Origin: Bacillota bacterium
GTDB taxonomy: Bacteria > Bacillota > Sulfobacillia > Fermentithermobacillales > Fermentithermobacillaceae
NCBI GenBank assembly: GCA_050952125.1
Contig: JBMNKK010000001.1
Span: 117,972 to 181,971 of the forward strand
Reading direction: 5' to 3'
Length of the DNA: 64,000 nt
The position numbers and the translations under genes were made by a program. Within the stretch, counting starts at the first letter, position 1; the number at the start of each line of letters is the position of its first letter. Of the stretch, positions 17,652-25,504 are shown in pieces. The notes beneath the pieces are model-generated. The model saw nothing but the letters and a program-made list of their open reading frames with translations. It was not told where the DNA came from and ran no database searches.

Positions 17652-19469
17652 CTAGAAGCTCTTCACTACTTCGTCCACAAGCGATCCGACGTAGGCGACA
17701 GCACTGCGCATGGCGTCGGGCTTCGTCATATCCACGCCGGCCATTTTGGCCAGCTCGATCGGCGACTTCGTGCCGCCGGCCTTCAGAACCTCAATCCAGC
17801 GCTCTGCGGCCGGTTTGCCATGGGCCTGGATCTCCTGTGCCACGGCCGTGCCCACCGTAAGCCCTGCCGAGTAAGTGTACGGGTAGAGGCCCATGTAGTA
17901 GTGGGGCTGGCGCATCCAAGTAAGGCGGGCGCCGTCGTCTATGGTAACCTCTCCGCCCCAGTACTCCTCAAGGATCTCTCCCTGGACTCTGCTGAGGACA
18001 GAGGCCGTAATCGGCTGGCCCTTCTCAGCCAGAATGTAGATGCGCCTCTGCAACTCGCCCTCAATGAGGTGCCTGACGAAGTTGTGGTGATAGGTCATCA
18101 GGAACTGCATGATGAGCCAGCGGCGCATCCTGGGATCGGATGTCTGGGAGAGGATCTTGTTGCCGACCAGAAGCTCATTGATGGTAGAAGGAGCCTCAAT
18201 GAAGAACATTGACGGCCTGGCGTTGGCAAGGCGCTGATACCTCTGGGACATGACACCCTGCCCCGCGTGGCCCAGCTCGTGGCCGAGGATAAGCGCGTTC
18301 CTCATGCTGCCCGTCCAGGTAACCAAGATGTACGGGTGAACGCCCGGCACCGAGTTGCAGAAGGCGCCGGTTGACTTACCGACGTTGTCGGCAAGGTCAA
18401 TCCAACGGTTCTTCAGTCCTTCCTCGATGATCGCCGTGTACTCGGGTCCAAGCACGGAGATGCCGTCGAGGATTAGGCGCCCTCCCTCTTCAAACGTGGT
18501 TTCGGGATTGAAGTCGGGGTCCAGGGGCGCTTCGATATCACAGTAGAGCATTTCGTCCAGCCCAAGCACCTTCTTGCGCAGCCGGGCATACTTCCGCATA
18601 TGAGGAGCCAGTTCCTTGAGGATCACATCATGGATGTGATTGTAGACCTCCATGGGCACTTCCTGCCGCTTGAGGAACATGTCTGTCGCAGACTCGTATC
18701 CCCTCAGTTTGGCCAGCACCACGTTCTTCTTGACTTCGGTACCCCAGGTGGCGCCATAGGTGTTCTGATACGCCTTAAGACCCTTCGTGAACGAAGCATA
18801 GGCGTTACGCCGGAGCGTGAAGTCGGGTGACTTCTCGTAGGTCTCCTCGTACAAGGCGAATGACATGGGATACGTCTTGCCGTTACTATCTGTGATGGGC
18901 TCGAAAGCCATGTCCGCAGACTTCGAGCGGTTGTAAATGAGGGACGGAGCGCTCAGCACTTCTCCAAGGGAGGCCAATGCCACCTCGGTTTCAGGGTGCA
19001 GGAGGTGAGCCTTCTCCTTGATCATCAGCTCGATCATCCGCCGGTACGGTGAAAGGCCGGGCGACTCCTGCAAGTAACGTTCCAGAGTGCCGTCAGGCAG
19101 GCCCAAAGCCTCCGACCGGACAAACGCGGTCTCGGCGCCTATCTTCGCGGCAAGGGCTCCGGCGCGGCCGGCGTCCGCTTGGTTCGCGGGATCGGTTCCG
19201 TCGGCCGACAGCCTCAAAGACGCGTACGACATCACCCTGGCGAATTTCAGCTGGAGATTTTCCATTTCCTCAATACACTTGAGGAACACCTCCGGCCCTT
19301 CCGCGAGCCGGCCTTTGAACCGGGTGACCTGGGATACGTAGGCTGCCGCATCGGCCATACCCTTTTCCCAGGCTTCGTGAGACGAGAAAAGATCATCTAG
19401 ATTCCATGTCAGGTGAAGGGGGACTTCGGAACGTGTTGGACGCTTCTGCATGGGGACGGTCCTCCTCAT
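17652..19469 (-). CDS. pepF: Oligoendopeptidase F (M3B metallopeptidase)
   Basis: 605 aa with the HELGHAGQ zinc motif. Length and architecture are typical of PepF. Confidence 0.85.
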   Translation of the reverse strand: MRRTVPMQKRPTRSEVPLHLTWNLDDLFSSHEAWEKGMADAAAYVSQVTRFKGRLAEGPEVFLKCIEEMENLQLKFARVMSYASLRLSADGTDPANQADAGRAGALAAKIGAETAFVRSEALGLPDGTLERYLQESPGLSPYRRMIELMIKEKAHLLHPETEVALASLGEVLSAPSLIYNRSKSADMAFEPITDSNGKTYPMSFALYEETYEKSPDFTLRRNAYASFTKGLKAYQNTYGATWGTEVKKNVVLAKLRGYESATDMFLKRQEVPMEVYNHIHDVILKELAPHMRKYARLRKKVLGLDEMLYCDIEAPLDPDFNPETTFEEGGRLILDGISVLGPEYTAIIEEGLKNRWIDLADNVGKSTGAFCNSVPGVHPYILVTWTGSMRNALILGHELGHAGQGVMSQRYQRLANARPSMFFIEAPSTINELLVGNKILSQTSDPRMRRWLIMQFLMTYHHNFVRHLIEGELQRRIYILAEKGQPITASVLSRVQGEILEEYWGGEVTIDDGARLTWMRQPHYYMGLYPYTYSAGLTVGTAVAQEIQAHGKPAAERWIEVLKAGGTKSPIELAKMAGVDMTKPDAMRSAVAYVGSLVDEVVKSF

Positions 19470-19520
19470 TTTGGTGAGTTCGGAAAGGAAAGCTGTTCGC
19501 GGGCCGAGGCGCAGATCCCT

Positions 19521-20030
19521 TTAGCTGAAGCCGCCGGCCCCGGCTTCGCGGTCGTGCCTGATGGCTTTAGCCCACTTCTCAGCATCTCTAAAACGCCAGG
19601 TATGGCGGCAGTACCCGCACGAATACTTCTTTTCCATTCCCAGCACTGTTAGTAGGCTAAGCCCTGCCGCCAATACAGCGCCTGTGGCCACTCCGGTCAC
19701 TCCGAACGCGTAGAGCACGACGGCGACAGCGCCCAAAGCTACAGAGACAGGCAGGTACCGCCGGGGATCGTGGAACGAGACCTCGGCGCTGCCGCACCTC
19801 GGGCACGGCATACGGCAGCCCGGGGTGAAGCGGGAGTTCAGGCTCGCTTCGATGAATTGAGGGGAGAATCTCGAGTACATTGTCCTCTCCTCCAAGGAAT
19901 AGTGCGGAGCTATTCCGCGTTGGCCAAGTGCGAAATTCGTGAATGATCTGCAAATCCCTTCTTGGTGATGGCGTAAATGAAGGAGGGCCGTAAGGCCCTC
20001 CTCTGTATACAGAATCGGCAATAAGCCCAT
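19521..20030 (-). CDS. Hypothetical zinc-ribbon membrane protein
   Basis: CPRCGSAE ... CGYCRH Cys pairs flank a hydrophobic helix. The true start is probably internal (MYSRF...). Confidence 0.4.
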   Translation of the reverse strand: MGLLPILYTEEGLTALLHLRHHQEGICRSFTNFALGQRGIAPHYSLEERTMYSRFSPQFIEASLNSRFTPGCRMPCPRCGSAEVSFHDPRRYLPVSVALGAVAVVLYAFGVTGVATGAVLAAGLSLLTVLGMEKKYSCGYCRHTWRFRDAEKWAKAIRHDREAGAGGFS

Positions 20031-20048
20031 GCGTCTTGCGGTGGTTTC

Positions 20049-21149
20049 CTACTTCTTGATGGTAACCGAAGTCGCCCCCGCACGCGCCGGGTATGACATC
20101 AATACGGCACCGACCTCAGCCTCAATCGTCTGTCCGACCGCAAGATCCGTGATGCTGCCTCCAACCTTTTCTCCGTCTTCCTCTACGAAGATCGCGGTCT
20201 CGTTCGAGATGGAAACCCACGTCAGGCTGGGCTCTCCGCTGGCCATAGGCCCGCCCTCAACCAGGATACGGGTGCTCTCGCCCGCTTCAACTTCCTTTAC
20301 GGTTCCTGTGAGGGTGCTCCTAATCTCCTCGACAGGCCCGGGGATGGGGACGACCAGTTCCATCATTCTGGACTCCGCACCCTCTTGGCCGACTTCCGGA
20401 GCCCGGCGCTCCATAAAGCCAAGGACATTTGTCAGCGTATCGGCGGAAACCAAGGTACGGTCGTTTGCTAGTACCGGCGATTTCGCCATATCTATCTTGA
20501 CCGTTTCCCGCCCGCCGCGGTTCACCTCGGCCGAACGGTTTCCGATCTCAAACGTGACTACCCGGTCGGGCATACGTGCCGTTACTTGGCACTGTGCGCC
20601 ATCCCACTCGACCTCTCCGCCTGCCGCCTCAACCAGAAACCTCAGAGGCACCATGAGTGTCTCTTCAGATACGAGCGGGCCCTGGTCAAAGGCGATTTCT
20701 CTGCCGTCAATGGCGATGGCGGCCGGGGCCGGTCTCGACGGCTCAACCGCTATCAGGCCCATGCCGTCGGGAACGGGAGTAAGTACGGGAAGGTTACCGG
20801 GATTATTTGATACGCTCTGGTCGGGGTCGACTTGAATGTCGGTCACATCGACGGTCTTCACCATCTGAAAAGACATCCCGTCAAATAGGGTACCCCTGAC
20901 CAAGACCACTTTGCCGATGAGCGGTCTAAACACGGATGATTCTCCGCGGAGCATGTAGCCGTCGACTGAGTAGAACCCTCCCTCCAGGTCCGTGTAAGTA
21001 AGCACGCCCCGAAGGGTGATCTCCGCACTCGGCGCCACTTCGCCCGCGCTCGCGGGCGGCATGTCCACAGCCCCTTGGGCAAAGGCCGGCGATACAGAAG
21101 CTGCCAGTATGCAGATGGCCGCACCGGCGAGTTTGGTCCAGCGCTTCAT
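20049..21149 (-). CDS. Secreted protein with a copper-amine-oxidase-like N-terminal (stalk) domain
   Basis: Signal peptide MKRWTKLAGAAICILAASVSPAFA. C-terminal IAIDGREIAFDQGPLV...MVPLRFLVEAAGGEVEWD matches the Cu-amine-oxidase N-terminal domain pattern common in Firmicutes. Confidence 0.65.
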   Translation of the reverse strand: MKRWTKLAGAAICILAASVSPAFAQGAVDMPPASAGEVAPSAEITLRGVLTYTDLEGGFYSVDGYMLRGESSVFRPLIGKVVLVRGTLFDGMSFQMVKTVDVTDIQVDPDQSVSNNPGNLPVLTPVPDGMGLIAVEPSRPAPAAIAIDGREIAFDQGPLVSEETLMVPLRFLVEAAGGEVEWDGAQCQVTARMPDRVVTFEIGNRSAEVNRGGRETVKIDMAKSPVLANDRTLVSADTLTNVLGFMERRAPEVGQEGAESRMMELVVPIPGPVEEIRSTLTGTVKEVEAGESTRILVEGGPMASGEPSLTWVSISNETAIFVEEDGEKVGGSITDLAVGQTIEAEVGAVLMSYPARAGATSVTIKK

Positions 21150-21218
21150 GAAAACACCTCCGAACTGGTTTCTACGGCGTTAGACGGAGGCGTACAACGA
21201 TTGTTCCAGTACCTGGAC

Positions 21219-22442
21219 TTAAGGCAGCTTTTTCAGCACAAGGGTCGCAGCGTCAATCGTGCCTGCCGACTCCATTACATACCACGGGTAGGGCCTTCCG
21301 CTTCCGGCGAACTCGTCTCTAGCCCACGTGACAAACCTCTCAACCCGCTCTGTATCTTCCATGATCGCGGCTGTGACCGCGATCTTGGCCCAGGGGAACC
21401 GGTCGCCCGTTATCCCCTGATCCCAGAGCGGGAATTGCTCGTTGAACTTGGCCCAGATACCTGCCGCCTTTTCGCTTTCAGGCTCAAGGAGGCCGCACAG
21501 TATGAGGTCAGTTTGTGACACGGCGTCAGGGTACCACTTACCTTGTCTCGGAAACCGCTTGCCCAGCCAAGATAGAGACCACGCGTAAGACTCTTTTTCC
21601 GCGTCGTAGAGCACCTCATCAATGCCTTGAGAAACCCTTTCCGCAGCATCCTCGTATTGAGAGGCCAGCTTGTCCTCGCCGAAAAAGCGGAGCACGCCTG
21701 CCCAGTCCAACAGCCCCCGGTAGCATTCCGAGTTGTCCATGAGATACTTGGTCCTCGATCCGGGCATCACCCTGACCAGTCCGTCGGTATCCTGCAACTT
21801 CAATATGGCTTTGGCGGCAAGGTCAATGGAATCGAGATTCAACTCCACGAACTCGACGTCTCGAGTCGAGTTGAAGTAGTAGGACACAAGGGATAGGAAG
21901 GTTGCCGCATAGCTGTCGGCGGAGTCATATCTGTACGTCGGCACCAACTGACCGTCACGCTTGACATAGTCATATATGGTGCCTGCGAGGCCGTTTCTGT
22001 CAGGATTGTTCATGTTGGTGAGATACCATGAGATGTAATTCTTGGCTCTCTGCGGCTCGATATCCACGAGAGTCTTAGCAGCAAGGTTTGCGAAATAGGG
22101 CACGACGAGGTCCTGCTGGGGGGTCTGTGCTATCGCGCCGTTAGGCATCTGACTTTGGAGGAGCCACTCTTTCTCAGATTCCAGATAGGCGAGGTCGCTT
22201 GTAGCCCAGTCTGGGCTGACGCTCGCCTCTGCAACCCGGGTCCCATCTACTGAACTTCGGTCATTCGAATACTTGCTCTTAAGAAGCCATACCTCGTCTT
22301 TCAGCCTGGCAAGCACGGGGACGCCGCGGTAGGACGCTACCGCGATTGCTGCCAGCGCCACTGCAGCGCATACACCTACTATTCGAATGAACGACACCCT
22401 TCTTCTCACCACGCGCTCCGGCATTCGGGGCCTCCCAAGCAC
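21219..22442 (-). CDS. Hypothetical membrane-anchored protein
   Basis: 407 aa with an N-terminal TM anchor. No recognisable motifs. Confidence 0.55.
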   Translation of the reverse strand: MLGRPRMPERVVRRRVSFIRIVGVCAAVALAAIAVASYRGVPVLARLKDEVWLLKSKYSNDRSSVDGTRVAEASVSPDWATSDLAYLESEKEWLLQSQMPNGAIAQTPQQDLVVPYFANLAAKTLVDIEPQRAKNYISWYLTNMNNPDRNGLAGTIYDYVKRDGQLVPTYRYDSADSYAATFLSLVSYYFNSTRDVEFVELNLDSIDLAAKAILKLQDTDGLVRVMPGSRTKYLMDNSECYRGLLDWAGVLRFFGEDKLASQYEDAAERVSQGIDEVLYDAEKESYAWSLSWLGKRFPRQGKWYPDAVSQTDLILCGLLEPESEKAAGIWAKFNEQFPLWDQGITGDRFPWAKIAVTAAIMEDTERVERFVTWARDEFAGSGRPYPWYVMESAGTIDAATLVLKKLP

Positions 22443-22623
22443 CCTTCGAGCAAGGTCAGAGACCGGCTCACCCTAGGCGACACGTCTTCTCACTGTCGTT
22501 ACTTCACCTTTACAGCGCTAAAGTCCTGCTACACGTCGGTTTCGTGTGGTGGAAAAACAGCCCATGAAGATGCACAAAACGATATCGAATGGTGCCATCG
22601 CATAGCGATGCTGGATAGTCGTG

Positions 22624-23586
22624 TCACATAGTTATGTGTCCAGGCGTTTTTGGGAACGGCCTGACCCTTGTGATCTCGCGCTCGCCTGTGACAAACCTGA
22701 CAAGGCGCTCAATTCCAATGCCGAACCCGCTTGTGGGGTTGAGACCGGCCTCAGCCATTGCTAGGAACTCGCTGAAATCCAGAGGGTCTAGATTGCTCTC
22801 CCGGATTCGCTTCATGATGCTCTCGGGCAGGTACTCCCTCTCACCCCCGGATATGGCCTCTCCGAAACCCTCAGGGTAAAGGAGATCCATGCTCCGCACG
22901 GTTCTGCCGTCACCTGATTCTCTGTAGTAGAAACTCCGGCACTTCTTCGGGTAATCGGTAATCCAAAGGAACTCGCCCACCTCAGCAGAGACTTTTGATT
23001 CGGCCTCCTGCGTGAGTTCTTCACCAAAACGTATAAGCATTCCGTGCGCCGCGGCTATCTTTAGCGCATCCTCGTACCGGATCCGTGTAAAGGGAACCTT
23101 GGGGACCTTAAGCTCGCGACCCAGAGCTCGCAGGAGCGGCTGCCAGTCATGGACAACACGGGCTATTGTCGACGCGATCATCTCCTCGGCAACTCGCATG
23201 CTGTCCTCGAAAGTAGCACCGGCCTCCTCCAAATCAAGCTGGCAGAACTCCACTAAGTGCCTACCTGAATCCGCATTAGTCACAGGCTCCAGCCTGACGT
23301 TTGGACTGAAAGAGTAGATGCGGCCAAATGCGGTTGCCAAGACCTGCTTGTGAAACACCATGGAACTGGTGAGGTATGCCTTCCCCTCATACAGAGAGAC
23401 GGGGAGCCTCTCGGCACCTCGAAGGCCCGGATCGGTTATCTTGGAGACTATCGGTGGGAGGAATTCGACAAACCCCTGGGTTCCAAGGTAGTCTCTTAGG
23501 GAATCGGTAACCGCCTGGCTCAACCGGAACACCGCTTGAGCCTCTTCTGACTGCAGGTAAGTAAGGTAGGACACTTCTCTTTCCAC
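22624..23586 (-). CDS. Class-II aaRS-like catalytic-domain protein, probably an archaeal-type asparagine synthetase A (AsnRS paralog lacking the anticodon-binding domain)
   Basis: Motif 3 GFGIGIERLV and a motif-2-like FSPNVRLE. About 320 aa with no N-terminal OB fold. GTG start with AGGGGG RBS. Preceded by a T-box leader. Confidence 0.6.
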   Translation of the reverse strand: MEREVSYLTYLQSEEAQAVFRLSQAVTDSLRDYLGTQGFVEFLPPIVSKITDPGLRGAERLPVSLYEGKAYLTSSMVFHKQVLATAFGRIYSFSPNVRLEPVTNADSGRHLVEFCQLDLEEAGATFEDSMRVAEEMIASTIARVVHDWQPLLRALGRELKVPKVPFTRIRYEDALKIAAAHGMLIRFGEELTQEAESKVSAEVGEFLWITDYPKKCRSFYYRESGDGRTVRSMDLLYPEGFGEAISGGEREYLPESIMKRIRESNLDPLDFSEFLAMAEAGLNPTSGFGIGIERLVRFVTGEREITRVRPFPKTPGHITM

Positions 23587-23903
23587 TTATTCTGCCCCCT
23601 AAACGAAATAGCCCCGTCCCTAAAGGGACGAGGCGTTTGCTCGCGTTGCCACCCTAATTGGCTCTATAGTAAGCCCAACTCGCCAAGGTGCGGGATTAAC
23701 ACGTTTCCTGCTAATCCGATACCTAGCTGCCTGTAACGGTGCAGTTCCGTCCGCGTCTACTCCCGCCGGGATCACGTGGCGGTTTCGGGCGGCGCTCTGA
23801 GGTGTTATTCGCCTTGGGCGTCAGGCCGGTCTTCCACCCTCCCGGCTCGCTGCACTGCGTCTCCGAAGGCTACTGGTCCTCATCATCGCTTTCTGCCGCT
23901 GTT
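23587..23903 (-). promoter_or_regulatory. T-box riboswitch leader
   Basis: On the minus strand, AATTAGGGTGGCAACGCGAG (T-box consensus AAUUAGGGUGGNACCGCG) lies at plus 23642-23659. It is immediately followed by the terminator hairpin gcctcgtccc-ttta-gggacggggc plus a U-rich tail (plus 23611-23635). Candidate specifier GAAUAACA (AAU/AAC = Asn) at plus 23804-23809. Confidence 0.75.
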
Positions 23904-23909
23904 TGTGAA

Positions 23910-23938
23910 ACTATACTCCCTGAATGAAGCATCGTCAA
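23910..23938 (-). promoter_or_regulatory. Sigma-A type promoter for the T-box/asnA-like transcript
   Basis: Minus-strand TTGACG (plus 23933-23938), 17 bp spacer, then TATAGT (plus 23910-23915). Confidence 0.6.
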
Positions 23939-24135
23939 GGGCGGAAGAAAGGTTAATCCCCGCACCAATCCGCGTACCCTCTAGAGTCAGTTGACATAAC
24001 CACTTACTTTGCGTTATTCGCAACGTTTTTCGGGGGAACTTTGCGTTTTTGCAGCGGAGCACTGCAAAAACGCAAAGTTGACAGATTTCGCGTAATGAAA
24101 AACGCAATGTTCGTGCGACCACCGGACCTCCGGCC

Positions 24136-25074
24136 CTACCCCTTCCTTTTGAAGAGCCTTACTTTGTCCTTGTCCTGCAACACATGGCTTTTCCCGACCA
24201 CCTGGCCGGGAAACTTGGCGGATGGGCCCCAGATCGCTGCTCTATCCAGTTCCCTAGCGAGTTCAAGGTGGATGTGTGCTGCGAGGTCTGCCACCGTAGA
24301 CCCGGAGGGTATGAGGAAAGGGCGGTCAGTAGGTGACTGAGCGCTGTATATCCTCATGAGCCCTGTCATAGTCCACAAAGCTTCGGCCAACGCATCGAGA
24401 CCGCTCCCTGTCGCAGTGGATACCGGAACAACGGTGATACCGGCGAAACCGAAGCGTGCGTGAGCCGCTTCCAGAATCGCATCGGCACCGGGCAAATCGG
24501 CCTTTGTTGCAGCAACGGCGAACTTTTGCCCCTCAAGGATGTGCTGTATCTCCTCAAGAAACCGCTCAAACCCGCTTGAATCCTCCAGCGGCATGACTAC
24601 GAGGTAGCCGTCGGCATCCTGAGCGGCAGCAAGATACATGCGTCCGCTGCCCCTGTCCTCTCTGGCGCCCTCAATCAGGCCGGGGATCTCAACAAGTTGG
24701 ATGCGCGCCTCGTTGATCACGGCCGTAGCGGCGATCGGACGGAGCGTGGTGAAGGCATAGTCGCCGACCTTGACGCTGCTGCCGCACAGCCCCTTCAGCA
24801 GCGACGACTTTCCCGCGTTCGGTGGCCCCAGCAGGACTATGCGAGCGTCGCCTTCCCTCGGAACGAACGTGCCGTCGGCGTGGCGCACCTCCCGCCTCTT
24901 CCGGGTTGTTTCCATCTCCCGCGTGAGCCACTTGCGCAGGTCTGCGTAAGGACCCTGCTTATAGCCGGGAAGCATAGCCATGCACTCTCGGGCGACCTTG
25001 AGTCGCTCGGCACCATCGGTTCCGCGCAGGCGCCTCTGTATAAGTCTTTTCATCTCTGCATGCGGCATAGGCAT
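24136..25074 (-). CDS. Obg/DRG-like GTPase with C-terminal TGS domain
   Basis: G1 GPPNAGKSSL, the LVEIPGLIEGA switch typical of the Obg/DRG family, and a C-terminal TGS-like beta-grasp. Start refined to the ATG at 25074, with GAGGAGGAA 8 nt upstream. Confidence 0.7.
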   Translation of the reverse strand: MPMPHAEMKRLIQRRLRGTDGAERLKVARECMAMLPGYKQGPYADLRKWLTREMETTRKRREVRHADGTFVPREGDARIVLLGPPNAGKSSLLKGLCGSSVKVGDYAFTTLRPIAATAVINEARIQLVEIPGLIEGAREDRGSGRMYLAAAQDADGYLVVMPLEDSSGFERFLEEIQHILEGQKFAVAATKADLPGADAILEAAHARFGFAGITVVPVSTATGSGLDALAEALWTMTGLMRIYSAQSPTDRPFLIPSGSTVADLAAHIHLELARELDRAAIWGPSAKFPGQVVGKSHVLQDKDKVRLFKRKG

Positions 25075-25504
25075 TTCGCATTCCTCCTCTTCACTGGGCG
25101 CCGGAGTAACGCTTCCGGCGCAGCTGCGGCCTCCCAAATGCACCTTTGGTGCCCCGGTCCCTCAAGAAGAGGCGGCAATGTGCGCTCCTTACGGAGCGCC
25201 CTCATTGAACGCTGTACAGTTGAAAGCTGTGCAAATGAAGAAGGGCCGGCGGTCCGGCCCCTAATTCCAGATAAGCGACGATTTCTGCGGTAGTCTAGAC
25301 TCTTCTAAGGGCGGCCGCTAAGGGTTGAAAAGGGCATAGTGACCCCTTGGTGCCGTCCCCGGACATGCGCGATCACGTGTCTGTGCAGCAAAAGGTCTGT
25401 TATCTGCCCCTTGCTCATCCCGCGGCCTCCTTTCATAAGTCTCCTAACACCAACACCCACATTGTAGCCAGCTAGGCATCTCTTGGCAACGATCACCAGG
25501 ATAG

